DNA of 62,421 bases, filler included, from Stramenopiles sp. TOSAG23-3 (taxonomy: Eukaryota), in the NCBI GenBank assembly GCA_900128585.1. It is 9 parts of 9 records of this genome, joined end to end, with 100 filler letters (N's around TTAATTAATTAA, not from the genome) between each part and the next. Parts side by side here need not be neighbours in the genome. Positions count along the whole stretch, not along the records: positions 38,383 to 47,871 come from LT642914.1; positions 47,972 to 57,457 come from LT642915.1; 7 more parts are not named here. One strand, given 5' to 3'. The notes beneath the pieces are model-generated. The model was not told where the DNA came from. It made no database searches and saw only the letters and a list, made by a program, of their open reading frames with translations. Shown in pieces: positions 43,757-55,082 of the stretch (position 1 is its first letter; every line of letters begins with the position of its first letter). Both the position numbers and the translations under genes were made by a program.

Positions 43757-43855
43757 GAAGCTAAATTTAATTACTTAAATAACAGCCAATTTTCTTGTGT
43801 TTTAAAAAAAATAAATGTTTAATTACTTAAATAACAGCCAATTTTCTTGTTTTTA
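43757..43855 (+). repeat. Two tandem copies of the dispersed 3'-intergenic element
   Basis: GAAGCTAAATTTAATTACTTAAATAACAGCCAATTTTCTTGT, then TTTAATTACTTAAATAACAGCCAATTTTCTTGTTTTT. Confidence 0.92.
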
Positions 43856-43951
43856 AAAAATAAATGAAAAGTCATTCCATATTAATATATCTTTATGAAA
43901 GGAGAATTGTGTAATCTTAAACTGCGAGCGCTTTTCATGCGACTTCTACTT

Positions 43952-46900
43952 TTACTCCGAATTTGCAGATACATCATCACGGTTGTCCTTGATGCTGAAA
44001 GTAAAAGTTCGGATATCCAGTGGCGAGAGGGTAATCGACGATTTACACGAATGTTCTGAACCGACCAAGGACGGCAATTTTAACTCAGGCACGTTTTCCT
44101 CACTTTTCCATTTTAATCGCACCGCATCGTTCTCTGCACGGCTTTGTTGTAAGGTGCTCGTCATCTCGACACAGCCGTTCATGGAAGGGAACCCCAGCGC
44201 ATTTTGTAGAGACTTGATTGTTATTGGATCTCCACCGGGGATAATGTTCTGAATTCTTATGGCAAAAGAAGACGGCTCCGGTGCATCGAGTCGAACAAAC
44301 ATTTCAGACCATACATTTTCTGGTAGCCCATCTGCACCAAAGGGGAGAGGAACTGCCTTTTCACCTGCGTTGAAATAAAACTGCTCCAGCGGATGCTCCA
44401 ACACCACTGCTTCAGCGAATCGTTTACTTTCTCCACTTTCCTGCGGGGCAAGCATAATTCGGATGACATCATGTTGGGGAAGCTTGTCATCCAGCGGCCA
44501 CGGACCTTGCGAATCACTTTCTGTGCTGATTCGACGAGCCGTCATATACTCGATACTCCCGCTTTCAAGTGAAGCAACCGCCATAGTTCGCCTGGAGAGG
44601 ATAGAAAGTTGTCGAGGGGAGGGCGCATTGTCCCGGATAACCGCAGTCTGAACCAGAGCATGGTAATTTTGCGCAATGCTAGCGGTAGCATTATAGTTTC
44701 GTTCATACAACTCACCGAAGCCACTGGCTTCTGTGTATAGTGTTCGTTGGTTTTGTATGTCCGACTCTATACGAGAAACAAGCTCACGTCCACCTGGCAA
44801 CCGGCCGGAACTGTGGAAGACGTCAATACTGTGGGTTGCACCAGACAATCTCACCCTTTGAACAAGCCCTGAGCCATATGCGAACGACTGAACGACTTCC
44901 TGGAGCACAGGGCCTTTCGTTAATGCTACCCGAAACGGTTTCGGCACTTCTACGGCTTTTGTTTGCTCGATCATGCAATATGCACCACCGGGACCGTCGA
45001 TGTATTGCCAATACGTTTGCCTCACAGACGCCTTCAGCACGTCGCCCCCTTCTTTGCGTTTGTTTGCATTACAACCAAGGCCGCCTGGCTGCATTTCAAT
45101 GCTTTTCATCAATCCATCAGAAGCATCGAAATCCAATTTCTGACAGTTTGGGTCGTCGTTAAACCCAAGGCCTTCATTCGCGACCGCTTTCGGGCCAACA
45201 AAAATTTCTGGTAAGGCCGTTGTGGTACTGTTCTTCCCAGTAGGGTCGAATTCAATCTCAAATGATGCCACCCCAAGTGGGGGTACCCTGTCCGCGATGA
45301 AATAAAGGGATTTTGCATACAGTGGAGGGGGGACGTGACTAATCGTCAATTGCGATTGAAAGCGGTCGTTGACTTCCATTTGAGCTTGGATTGCAGTGCG
45401 CTTTCCACTATCGACACGGTACAAGGAAGGGATTATATTGCTCGGCAAATGGCTTGGTGGGACAAACTCGAAACGAAGCAATTCAGACCTGGTTATCATT
45501 GTCGGGTTGAACACAAGCAACGCATTGTTTTCGCTGGACGGTTCTATTTCCAAAGAATTTGTGGGCAGCCTCACCAGCGCTTCCAGACTGCTTCTTAGAA
45601 TGTTGGACGTCGCATTGTCGGCTTCTGCTAGGCGAGCAGTGTAATCTTCCAGGCATTGCCGGGTTTTATCGGTCGTGCGATTGCACTCGTCAAGTCCGTT
45701 AATGATAGGGACGTTGTCAGGGCAGGTTACACTCTCGTAAGCCCTCATAGTGCCCGGCATGCTGTCGTGGTGTTGCATGACGCCAAGGGCGTCCCACGCC
45801 ACCTCGAATTCGTTGGCAAGGGATTCCTGAATCGCACCAGTGGCCAAAGCGGTTGCATGGGCATTTTGGGCAGCCCGCAACTGAGCAGCGTTTTTCCGTG
45901 ACGCACGCTTGTGCGCCGGACGGGAAGAAGCCGCCCCAGTTTGGTACTGGACACTAAAATTTTGGGTAAGCCCCTCCGCCGGCACCCCAATGGGTACAAA
46001 CGAGTGAGGCCAGCCAAATTCGAAATCCAGCATCTTTTTTACGGGCAATGGAAAATCATACACGCCCGGGCGCTTCGAACTGGCCTTCACTTTCTTGTTT
46101 TCGTGCAATTGCAGGGAGTGCAAATGGTCGAAGTATTCAGACAATGTGGTATATCTGATTTTCGCATTGTATTTTTCCACGTTGCCATTGATTTCCGCAA
46201 TTAAGAGGTCCATTTGTTGGAACCATAGGCCGGCGTTCGTGAATTGAAAGTCTGAACCCCAGGCAAGGTGCCTGTTTCCACGGTACACGGACCCGCGATT
46301 GCGTGACCAGTAAACAAGCTCTTTCGCATACTTTTCAATATCTTCTTGGGTTTTCAACTTCACGGTATCAAACGCAAAAGATATGGCAGGGCTTCGAAAT
46401 CCATAGGCTGATCCATTTCTACCCGTCATCAGCATATCGCCATAATTCCATCGAATGATGTGGGCCGCTGTTCGGGAACGGTTCGCAGAGAGCACGGCGC
46501 TTCCTTCCCACAGAAGCTCAAAGCTTTTGTTCCCATTCCACTCAGAGCGCATACTGTCGGGGCCTTCAAACCTCAGTACCATTCCGTCGTACCCAGCCAT
46601 AGCGCACAACGTTGGTGAAGCAGCAGAGTAGCCTGCAAACATATCGATTTGCCACCCGAATCGAATGCAACGGCCTCTTCCTTGCCCGTGAGGACCAGGA
46701 CAAAATGAATCCAACGGTCCCAAGATTCTGCGAAGAAATTCGTGGCCCGTGACGGTGTTTGCAATCATATCACGGTATGAGGGTGTCACTTCGTCGTGTT
46801 GGCTCCACCCAGCGCCAACGAATTCTAGCTGCCCGTTTTGGACAATTTTCTTGAAATTTGCCCTGGTCGTTTCGTTTTGGCTTGACCACCACATTTCAAT

Positions 46901-47314
46901 CCACTTAATTTCTGACCATATGAACCGATGCGACGGATTTTCTGCCAAATCTGCCGTTACGGAATCCAAAATGTGTCGAACGCTGTTTTCGAAGTATCCA
47001 CCGATCGTCCATTCCCACCCGACGTCATCATGCGTATGGGGCTGAAGCCATATCTCGTGGACTCCCTCCTCTTCAGGAACGCTGGCGCTTTCGGCCTGCT
47101 TTCTGCGGTGTTCGTCCAAGTCGCACTGCCGAGTTTCTGGGCCCCGATAGCGCCTTTCGTACGCCTTTCTAAAGTATTCTTGATCCGGGAGAAATTCTAC
47201 CGTGGCTTTTACACCACTGCCAAGTGAGTCATAAGCGCTTCTCGCATAAACGATGCAAAACAGTATAGAGGACACTAGCAGATATAGCACGATTCGAAGG
47301 GGTGACTCTACCAT
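43952..47314 (-). CDS. Glycoside hydrolase family 38 alpha-mannosidase (lysosomal type)
   Basis: PHTHDDVGW, RFIWSEI, GQLEFVGAGWSQHDE, GWQIDMF, GSDF and QHHDSMPGT. Signal peptide after the ATG at 47314 (the ORF-track start is a TTG). Confidence 0.93.
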   Translation of the reverse strand: MVESPLRIVLYLLVSSILFCIVYARSAYDSLGSGVKATVEFLPDQEYFRKAYERRYRGPETRQCDLDEHRRKQAESASVPEEEGVHEIWLQPHTHDDVGWEWTIGGYFENSVRHILDSVTADLAENPSHRFIWSEIKWIEMWWSSQNETTRANFKKIVQNGQLEFVGAGWSQHDEVTPSYRDMIANTVTGHEFLRRILGPLDSFCPGPHGQGRGRCIRFGWQIDMFAGYSAASPTLCAMAGYDGMVLRFEGPDSMRSEWNGNKSFELLWEGSAVLSANRSRTAAHIIRWNYGDMLMTGRNGSAYGFRSPAISFAFDTVKLKTQEDIEKYAKELVYWSRNRGSVYRGNRHLAWGSDFQFTNAGLWFQQMDLLIAEINGNVEKYNAKIRYTTLSEYFDHLHSLQLHENKKVKASSKRPGVYDFPLPVKKMLDFEFGWPHSFVPIGVPAEGLTQNFSVQYQTGAASSRPAHKRASRKNAAQLRAAQNAHATALATGAIQESLANEFEVAWDALGVMQHHDSMPGTMRAYESVTCPDNVPIINGLDECNRTTDKTRQCLEDYTARLAEADNATSNILRSSLEALVRLPTNSLEIEPSSENNALLVFNPTMITRSELLRFEFVPPSHLPSNIIPSLYRVDSGKRTAIQAQMEVNDRFQSQLTISHVPPPLYAKSLYFIADRVPPLGVASFEIEFDPTGKNSTTTALPEIFVGPKAVANEGLGFNDDPNCQKLDFDASDGLMKSIEMQPGGLGCNANKRKEGGDVLKASVRQTYWQYIDGPGGAYCMIEQTKAVEVPKPFRVALTKGPVLQEVVQSFAYGSGLVQRVRLSGATHSIDVFHSSGRLPGGRELVSRIESDIQNQRTLYTEASGFGELYERNYNATASIAQNYHALVQTAVIRDNAPSPRQLSILSRRTMAVASLESGSIEYMTARRISTESDSQGPWPLDDKLPQHDVIRIMLAPQESGESKRFAEAVVLEHPLEQFYFNAGEKAVPLPFGADGLPENVWSEMFVRLDAPEPSSFAIRIQNIIPGGDPITIKSLQNALGFPSMNGCVEMTSTLQQSRAENDAVRLKWKSEENVPELKLPSLVGSEHSCKSSITLSPLDIRTFTFSIKDNRDDVSANSE

Positions 47315-47792
47315 GTTCACGAAAGAGTTCGGCGTTGAATTAATTCCAGTAAAAAACTGATAATTCAAAACTGATTTTAAGTTGTGACCAATTCTAGGAA
47401 GTGACAATAACTAAAAACCCCACAAAGAACAACAAAGAAACTTAAAATACTTTCTTTATCTTCTTATAAATTTATAGACGACTGTAGTAACATTTTAAAT
47501 TACGTGCATGCATTTTCACTCACATATTCGGTGGGTATTATTAATATTTATTATATTATTAACAACCAACAGGTAAATAAAATAAATCACCTGACCCAAC
47601 TATTCTACTAACAGGATTTTACAACCCACTGTGAAGCTGTATTTTACAAATTTAAATATGACCCTGCTTCCTCGTACTACATAGTACATACGTAGTCTAA
47701 TAGTCAATTGCAATTGTATCAAAATCATTATATCTTATTTAATTAAATACTTGAGAGTTCCCTGTACTAATACAACAGAGGTTGGGTAACTA

Positions 47793-47871
47793 TTGTTTGT
47801 TTGTTTGTTTGTTTGTTTGTTTGTTTGTTTGTTTGTTTGTTTGTTTGTTTGTTTGTTTGTTTGTTTGTTTG
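47793..47871. repeat. (TTTG)n microsatellite at contig end
   Basis: Direct inspection. Confidence 0.97.
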
Positions 47872-47972
47872 NNNNNNNNNNNNNNNNNNNNNNNNNNNNN
47901 NNNNNNNNNNNNNNNTTAATTAATTAANNNNNNNNNNNNNNNNNNNNNNNNNNNNNNNNNNNNNNNNNNNNA

Positions 47973-48080
47973 GAATGTCTAAATCTAGATTTCAGTTCGC
48001 AGTACATTAATTTTAATTACTTAAATAACAGCCAATTTTCTTGTTTTTATTAAAAACAAATTATATATAGTAATGTGTTT
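47973..48080 (+). repeat. Partial 52-bp repeat unit followed by the dispersed 3'-intergenic element and the reverse CATACTATATA-like motif
   Basis: 47973-48007 matches the reverse complement of parts of 59214-59267. 48011-48048 matches the element consensus. Confidence 0.8.
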
Positions 48081-48088
48081 TAAAGTCT

Positions 48089-49522
48089 TTATTCCATGAA
48101 ATCATCCTGGTCTTGTGCTCTTCGTTTCGCTAGAAACTCTGCCATGCTCGGATCGGCATGAACCGCATTTGCCTGGTATTGTGCAGCCTTCACACGATCT
48201 ATCTTTTCATGGTAATAAAACAGACTCACGCGCGCCAGACAAAGACCGTTATTGTGTCCGTTGGGTGTATTTAACGCCCTCATAAACGTCTTTTCCGCCA
48301 TTGAGATGGCCTCTTTATTGCGCTTTACGGCTCCTGTATTGTGGCCAGGCTCTCCCAAAGCTAGGGCTTGGAAAAAAAGAGCACAGTCTATGAATGCTTC
48401 ACAGGTAGGCTCGGATGGTGCTGTACAATTTACCATAATACGAAATTCTTTTTCTGCTGCCGTAAAATCATTCATGCAATGCCACAACAGCATTCCATAT
48501 CGCCAATGGGATCGAAAATCATCCCCGTGCTTGGAACAGTGAAGCTTCATAGCATCACATATTTCTTGGACCAGAGCGAATTCCTCTGGATGTTCTGCCA
48601 ATGGGGAACACAAGTGGAAATCCTCGTACACGACCAACGACAATGGACGAACCGATATATCAAACGGGAAGAACTCTTTGACATTGTTAATGCCCGATTC
48701 TTCAAGGATTCCTCGGAAAGTGTTTTCCCATTCTATATCACCATGCACTGCCGTGGTAGTGATTTTGATGGCGTATGCCGCAACAAAAATGTTATAGGAA
48801 TGCTGTACAAACACACCTCGGTGGTTCTTGGCCCAAAATTTATCGTGCGTCACGATTCTCAAAGCGTCCCTGAAGTGTTTTTCGGCTAAATCAAAACAGT
48901 GCGGCGGCGTTTGGTACAAACATGTTGCATAATTGCAAAGAAGCACTGGGAAGGTCTTCTTAGAAGGGTGTTTCAAGGCCTTTTTGTAGTATAGTATTGC
49001 TTCTTCAACGCCGCCTGGTGTTCTATCTGACTCGCAGAAGAGTGCATAGTCTCCCAAAATGCCGTAGTCGCAGTCCGTGTCTTTGTACACCTCCAAAGCC
49101 TTATCGCACCAGACTTTTGCCCTGTCGTGGCGCTCTTCCTTCGGTTTTCCTAACAACCAGTGAAGCAGTGCCATCGCTAGATAAAGGTTCGCCGAGACGG
49201 TCCCCTGTTCTCTGTATTGCCGCTCGCAATTCTTCATTTCCAGCTTTGCTCTGGTAAAATCCTCCCTTATGATGGCCAAAAAGAGTCCTAATCGGTATAG
49301 GTTCTCCACTTTGTGTGGGTGTTTTCGCTTCTCCCCCACTAGCTTGGTCTCTATTTCCTTTTTAAGGGCATCTATTTCTACGAACTTTTCTACTTCTAAT
49401 TTCACTTCGCTGGAAGCACTCGGTTCTGCGTATTCAGAGAAAAACTCGACGCCGTCCGCAGCTGCACGTTGTTGTATGCTTTCCATTTCTTCATCTCTAG
49501 TTCCACAGCACACGTTCCCCAT
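48089..49522 (-). CDS. TPR-repeat protein with N-terminal myristoylation/palmitoylation motif
   Basis: MGNVCCG start. Repeated helical units (LGDYALFCE...EEAILYYKKAL; NYATCLY...AEKHFRDAL). Confidence 0.85.
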   Translation of the reverse strand: MGNVCCGTRDEEMESIQQRAAADGVEFFSEYAEPSASSEVKLEVEKFVEIDALKKEIETKLVGEKRKHPHKVENLYRLGLFLAIIREDFTRAKLEMKNCERQYREQGTVSANLYLAMALLHWLLGKPKEERHDRAKVWCDKALEVYKDTDCDYGILGDYALFCESDRTPGGVEEAILYYKKALKHPSKKTFPVLLCNYATCLYQTPPHCFDLAEKHFRDALRIVTHDKFWAKNHRGVFVQHSYNIFVAAYAIKITTTAVHGDIEWENTFRGILEESGINNVKEFFPFDISVRPLSLVVYEDFHLCSPLAEHPEEFALVQEICDAMKLHCSKHGDDFRSHWRYGMLLWHCMNDFTAAEKEFRIMVNCTAPSEPTCEAFIDCALFFQALALGEPGHNTGAVKRNKEAISMAEKTFMRALNTPNGHNNGLCLARVSLFYYHEKIDRVKAAQYQANAVHADPSMAEFLAKRRAQDQDDFME

Positions 49523-50791
49523 CGCCTTGCCTAAAAGCTTCACCACTGTGCCATACGCTCTGGACTCGCCAACAACCCAGCGAGCTCAAACCCAGTCGTT
49601 TTTGAAGTGTATTCTGTGCGCTCTGTACCTTTACGTAACAGAGTGCTTTAAAATCTAAATCTATCAGTCAACCTTTTTTCTACTTCTGCTTTTAAATACA
49701 CTTGGAAATAGCCGTCCATAAATTTGAGCCAAACCCATTTTGTCCTCTAGTGTAATAATAGTAAACACACTTTTCACGAGCACCCTGTTCACAAGCACCG
49801 CGTCCCTATAATAGTTGCAGCAGGCAGTTTTTTATTCTCTTTCTCTGCTGCTGTTTTATCGGTACGTACTGTGTGTTAATGTTATTACTTTGGGTTCCAA
49901 TTTTTCGTATTTAAAATAAAAACATAATAAGGTTTATTAACACAGTTTTAAATATGATATAATAAATATAAGTTTTGTATATATATTATTATGTATACTT
50001 TATAATTTAATAATAATAACGTCCTTAATTATAGATTATTATTTCAGTCAACCCAAAATTTAAAAAAAAAAAAGTCATCACATACCCTTATTATTACTTG
50101 AAGATAAAATCCTACTTCGTATTCTAATAAAAATAAAAGCACATTTAAAAAAATCCAAAAAAAATCGACAAACAAAAAAAGAAATAACAAAAAAAGATTT
50201 ATTATTTTTTTGTTGTATGTTGTCTAGTCTATTGTTGTATTTATGTTGTATTTATTTTTTCAGTGGTGTTCTTCTCTCCCACCGACGACAACACAACTAC
50301 CGGTACCGGTACGGATACGGAACAGAAAGTGTGATGAAGTTGTTTAGTTTTATTACATTATAATTTAGACTGTATTATATTATTTAAAAAAAAAAAAAAA
50401 AACGGTTCGGCACAACACGGTACCTTAGGTACCGTAATACAATGTAGATGATAAAACAACCGCGGTGTGTTGTTGATGCGACGACGACCGACCATTTTTC
50501 GAAGAGAAGAAGCAAGAGAAGAACGAACTATAACTTCGAAGGTTTAAAAATAATAATTTCAAATTGTAGTACGGTATAATACACGGTGTATGGGTATTTT
50601 TAAACAACTACAGTGCATCCGTTAATGTTTTTTGACATTATTTTAATTGAATGACCAGTGGGACAAAAGCATTAACGATTTAGTTATTTGTGTGCTATTG
50701 AAACAGAAAAGAAATAAAAGTACAGAGTTACCGCCGTAAAAGAAAACGAAGCAATTGCCAACAAAGATAATTCCATTCTCACCAGTTAGCT

Positions 50792-51907
50792 ATGGGTACG
50801 AATGATACGAATGAAGATGCTCCTGCAGAAGGTATGCCAGAACAAAGTTTTTCCTCGTCCGTTGGGTCGATTTTTTTTCCTGGGTTGTTCTTTGGAATCG
50901 TACTGTACCTCATTGGGCAAAAGACTGTGGGGTCCTTGGTTTTAGTCGTGGACGTCGGCTTTGTTGCCTACCTCTACTATCAACGAGTAGGAGTCGCCGC
51001 AAAAATGACGTACAAAGCAGGCGTGTCTTTCAACCTTCGAAACATGGTGCTGTCGCCGAAAAACCTGTTGATTCAACAGCGGGGAATCGCGTCTCTTCGG
51101 TTTCTAGTAGAGAAGCGTGACAAGGCGTCACGTGTCGCTGAGCGCGGTGGAATAGCAATTCTGCTGAATTGCATGAGGCGGTTCCCCGACGAGAAAACGT
51201 TAGTCCTGGATGTGCTCAAAATTTTACGGGCCATATCGGAATCGTCGGCTTTGTCCAGGCGTCGGATCTATCACACCTTTGAGTTTAAGACGGAAATGTC
51301 GCTTCGTGCACCGTCCAATTTTGCAGGTGCCGACAGTGATGACAACGATACTGTGGGACCAGATGACTCTGATTCCCTGGTAGTTCTGAGTGAAATCATC
51401 CTGCTGTTGGGGTCTCTTCTTGCAGTTCCAAGTGTGAAAGATGCCGCACGAATAGACGGGGTCCTGGCTGCAGTTATGTCGCTGCTAGAAAATAACCTTT
51501 CCGCAGACAACAAGCTGCCTTTCAATTGTTTGTACTGCCTGTACGAAGCGCAAAATTCTTCGAACGAAAACAAAGAATATTTTGCTCGCAATAACTTGTT
51601 CCAAATCGTTTTGGATTGTTTGCGTATAAATCGAAAAAAGGTTGAACTGAACACGATGGGCTTTATGCTTGTGTTTGAAACTCTGTTCAGTGCTTCCGCA
51701 GCCGACGAAGATACTTCTGACAAGAAAATGACCTTTTTGCCCGATGTCTATGCCGAAGCCATTGAAGCGGGGGTCTTTCAAGCTTTGGCGGATACTCAAA
51801 AACGGCACCATGGTATTGCCGAGCTGGCCACCATGTTGGGCGTGCTAAGACGAGAAATGCATAAATCTCGTGAAGGGAACGATGACCTAAATATTGTTGA
51901 GATGTAG
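50792..51907 (+). CDS. Armadillo-like repeat protein with two N-terminal TM helices
   Basis: Two hydrophobic segments, then ARM-like units (IQQRGIASLRFL...GGIAILLNCMRRFP). Confidence 0.75.
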   Translation: MGTNDTNEDAPAEGMPEQSFSSSVGSIFFPGLFFGIVLYLIGQKTVGSLVLVVDVGFVAYLYYQRVGVAAKMTYKAGVSFNLRNMVLSPKNLLIQQRGIASLRFLVEKRDKASRVAERGGIAILLNCMRRFPDEKTLVLDVLKILRAISESSALSRRRIYHTFEFKTEMSLRAPSNFAGADSDDNDTVGPDDSDSLVVLSEIILLLGSLLAVPSVKDAARIDGVLAAVMSLLENNLSADNKLPFNCLYCLYEAQNSSNENKEYFARNNLFQIVLDCLRINRKKVELNTMGFMLVFETLFSASAADEDTSDKKMTFLPDVYAEAIEAGVFQALADTQKRHHGIAELATMLGVLRREMHKSREGNDDLNIVEM

Positions 51908-51982
51908 TGCTCGAAACGGCCGGAGGCAAAAGTCATACCCAACAACAATTCTTCGCTTGCATTTTGTTTTGTTTTTATAATT

Positions 51983-52080
51983 AAAACAAGAAAATTGGCT
52001 GTTAATTTATAATTATCATTTTATTTAAACACACAAGAAAATTGGCTGTTAATTTATAATTATCATTTTATTTAAACACA
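51983..52080 (-). repeat. Two tandem reverse copies of the dispersed 3'-intergenic element
   Basis: ACAAGAAAATTGGCTGTTAATTTATAATTATCATTTTATTTAAACAC repeated twice. Confidence 0.9.
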
Positions 52081-52934
52081 GCATATAATAATAAAATAAT
52101 ATTTCTTCTCTTCGATATTATAAATATATTTCCTAAAAAAACTTACAACAACACAAAATAAAAACAAGACCATATCGTTGTTTCTCTTGAAGTAAAATGC
52201 GATTGATTGTAGTCACCTGTTCTATAAAGTGGTCAGTGTCCTTTGCGCGAATAAAAATCCGACTCGAATTTCAAAGTATGGAAGCATTCCCGCAGAAAAT
52301 GAGAAAAGAGAACCAGGAGAAGGTCTAATTACACAAGTTTAGATCACGCAATCATTCCGCTCTCGGTGTCCGGCCCTCAACGAATGCTTATAAATTGTTG
52401 GTCCTCTAATGACTTAGAAATGTGGTTCCAAGGGACAATTTTATGTGAAATGGACGGTTTGTACCAAACACCAGCCACACAATCACTTAGTTCGATGGGT
52501 CTGAAAAAATGAGTCTTAGGGGCCCAATTTTGTGTAATCTAAAAAGACATTTGGCGGTATAGAATAGTAAAAATTATCCTTTTTTCATTAAAGATCTCTA
52601 CGTTTGAAATTAGTTAGCACACAGTTGTTTACCATTTTTCAATTCCGCGCCAAAGATACTTGCGTCCTGGGTCCTAGCTCTTGTCCCAACTCTCGCGTTG
52701 AAAAAATAATAGAACCATAGTATAATGGTATACTACCATACTAATAAATGTTTTTATTATTGCCTGTATAAAATATCCACCTACATTCGAATATATTCAA
52801 TTCCTCTTGCTTGGTAAGTTTGGTGAAACACTTTTCCGTACTCTTATACACTTAATTTTACTTTTGCTTTGCGCGGTACTTTTTAACATCATATTAAGGG
52901 CTAGGAACAGTGGGCTGATTGCGATTTTACTTAC

Positions 52935-54374
52935 TTACATTGAAAAGTCGAACTCATCGACTGTCTCCAGCATATCTCGAAATGGTGTAGCAACACTCTC
53001 AGGTACAGCTGGTGTTTCCTCAACCTTCTGTTTCGGCGGCCTGCGTTCTCGTTTTGCTTTTTGTACAGGGGCTCTTTTCTTCCGTTTTCTGGAAGCGTCA
53101 CTGTTTGCAACGAGCTGACGATTGCGAATGGCCGCGCGATCGGAAAGCTTTCGTTCCCTTTTGTACGTTGACAGCGCCAGTGTTAATTCTCCGGGTTTCA
53201 ATGCTTCTCGAAGTAGGCGTACGCAATGATCTATGGATATCGCTTTAATTTTATCGAAGTCTTTCTTTTTGTACCACCCACAGCCCTCTTCATGAAATAT
53301 ATCAAGAAGAGTAACGGTGTTCAGAAACTCCTGCAAATCGGGGCAAGAATGTGCCAACGTTTCTATCGACATAAACGAGAACCCCTTCACTAACGTTTTG
53401 TGGCACTTCACGCCGCGGTCAAATATGTCTGAAAGGTTCCCCCATCTATACATTCCAAAGTGCTCCGCGGTAATCTTCATGTTTACGCCTTGTTGCAGCG
53501 ACGTGTATTCCCTTGTTTTAAGAAGGGTCGGGTTATATCCGTAGACGACCCAAGTGCGTATAAATGGGCCGGATTGAAAGTAATATGCAAGCGACGATGC
53601 CATCAAAAGAAATATCCTGGTGTCTTGTGCTTTTAAGTTGGGGCAGCCATCGATCCAATCGGTCTTTCTCAACATCTTTTTCTCATCTATGCAGCGTTTC
53701 ATGATAGCAACATCTTCCGTGTGCAATGCCAGACGGTTCTTCTGTTGCTCTGTGAAGGTGATGCCAGTTGGGAAGTCCTTTTGTCCTTTTTTGTACATAA
53801 CCATCGTCGCGCTACCCAAATTTGAAAACACTGAAGAACTTCTAGACTTTGCGGGGTTTTTAAAATAATACGGACGTGGCTTGTGCGTAAAGCCCCAGAA
53901 CAATGGAACTACGTCTTTTGCTACCGGATCAGCAGCAGGCGACACTTTGTCCTGTTCGGTTGTTACATTAGTGCCTGCGTGCACTGACGACGGCTGGCTA
54001 CTCTTTAAGTCTTGGAACACAAATGGGGCCATATTTTTCCTAACGTCAATGAATCGATTTACACGCACAATCTTCTTGTGTTTTCGCAAAACTGCAAACC
54101 GGGCTCTAGTGCTCCCGTTTCCGCGTGTGTCCGCAGGCGGGGGGTCCTCGCTTATGATAGAACCCATTAACAACCTACTGTTAGAATCGTTTTTACTGAT
54201 ATTCAACCCATACTGTACATTGAAATCTATAGAATTAGATGGCACGACTACGGTTTCAGCTCTAACTTGGTCCTGAAACCTCTTGAGACCTTGTTCTGTG
54301 GGAGTTACTGCAAACGGCGTGTGAAAAAGTGCGAAAGTCATGCTACCATTTTTCTCCTTGTTTTCTTCTGCCAT
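52935..54374 (-). CDS. GTF3C5: TFIIIC subunit 5 (Tau95/Tfc1/GTF3C5)-like protein, divergent
   Basis: LAYYFQSGPFIRTWVVYGYNP resembles the Tau95 signature (AYYFxxGPWRxxW(I/V)xxGYDP). Upstream MAPF and downstream GWY motifs fit. Confidence 0.65.
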   Translation of the reverse strand: MAEENKEKNGSMTFALFHTPFAVTPTEQGLKRFQDQVRAETVVVPSNSIDFNVQYGLNISKNDSNSRLLMGSIISEDPPPADTRGNGSTRARFAVLRKHKKIVRVNRFIDVRKNMAPFVFQDLKSSQPSSVHAGTNVTTEQDKVSPAADPVAKDVVPLFWGFTHKPRPYYFKNPAKSRSSSVFSNLGSATMVMYKKGQKDFPTGITFTEQQKNRLALHTEDVAIMKRCIDEKKMLRKTDWIDGCPNLKAQDTRIFLLMASSLAYYFQSGPFIRTWVVYGYNPTLLKTREYTSLQQGVNMKITAEHFGMYRWGNLSDIFDRGVKCHKTLVKGFSFMSIETLAHSCPDLQEFLNTVTLLDIFHEEGCGWYKKKDFDKIKAISIDHCVRLLREALKPGELTLALSTYKRERKLSDRAAIRNRQLVANSDASRKRKKRAPVQKAKRERRPPKQKVEETPAVPESVATPFRDMLETVDEFDFSM

Positions 54375-55082
54375 GGTTACAGCATGCTCTTGAAAGAAAA
54401 ATACAACTTTGGATTGTAATTTCTATCTCTGGCTTGAACGCTAGGTCAAACATAATCGAATACAGTTTTATACAGTCGATTGTTGAAACTATTTTAATTT
54501 CTTTTGGGGGGGATAGATAGAAGATCGTCAATTATTATTAAAAAAGTTTCTAAGAAGTAGTTTCTTCTCGTCGTTGTCTCTTCATCGTTCGGTCGACGGA
54601 GGTGGGGGGTCGTCGGTTGTTGTTTGTGGATTGAGATTATGATATTGTTATGATTAGGGTTTAAATAAATTAGCTTATATAGCTTCTATATATTTTCTCT
54701 TTATTTAGAGTTCTATTTGATGATATGATGATGTAAAAAAATACCGTTGAGAAAAAGAAAAACACACAACAAGAGAAGTAATAAATAAATATATATAAAC
54801 ACACCATTAAAAAAATAAGTATTTCTTTCTTTTTTTATAATAATTTGTATTTGTAATGATGAATAATCAAAATGAGTGCATGTCAATCAATCAATCGATT
54901 TATATTGGTTAGTTATGAATGCTTTCAAGTAGGAAGTGAGAGAGAAGATCGATGACGATTTCTTCTCCCTTTGAGGAAATGTGTTTCATTCTCTTTGAAT
55001 TTCAATTGAATTGCATTAAAGAGTTAACTTTGTACTCGGTTTGTCATTTTGTTCTTGTGTACCCTCTTGCTCAATATAAATA

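Noticed and set aside
46245-46280. Possible one-codon deletion in the mannosidase (HLAWGSDF)
   Set aside because: Cannot be distinguished from normal GH38 variation without an alignment.
52170-52720. Moderate-GC region as a gene or snRNA
   Set aside because: The frames I read are interrupted by stops and no snRNA or tRNA signature was found; it may be a relic but cannot be supported.
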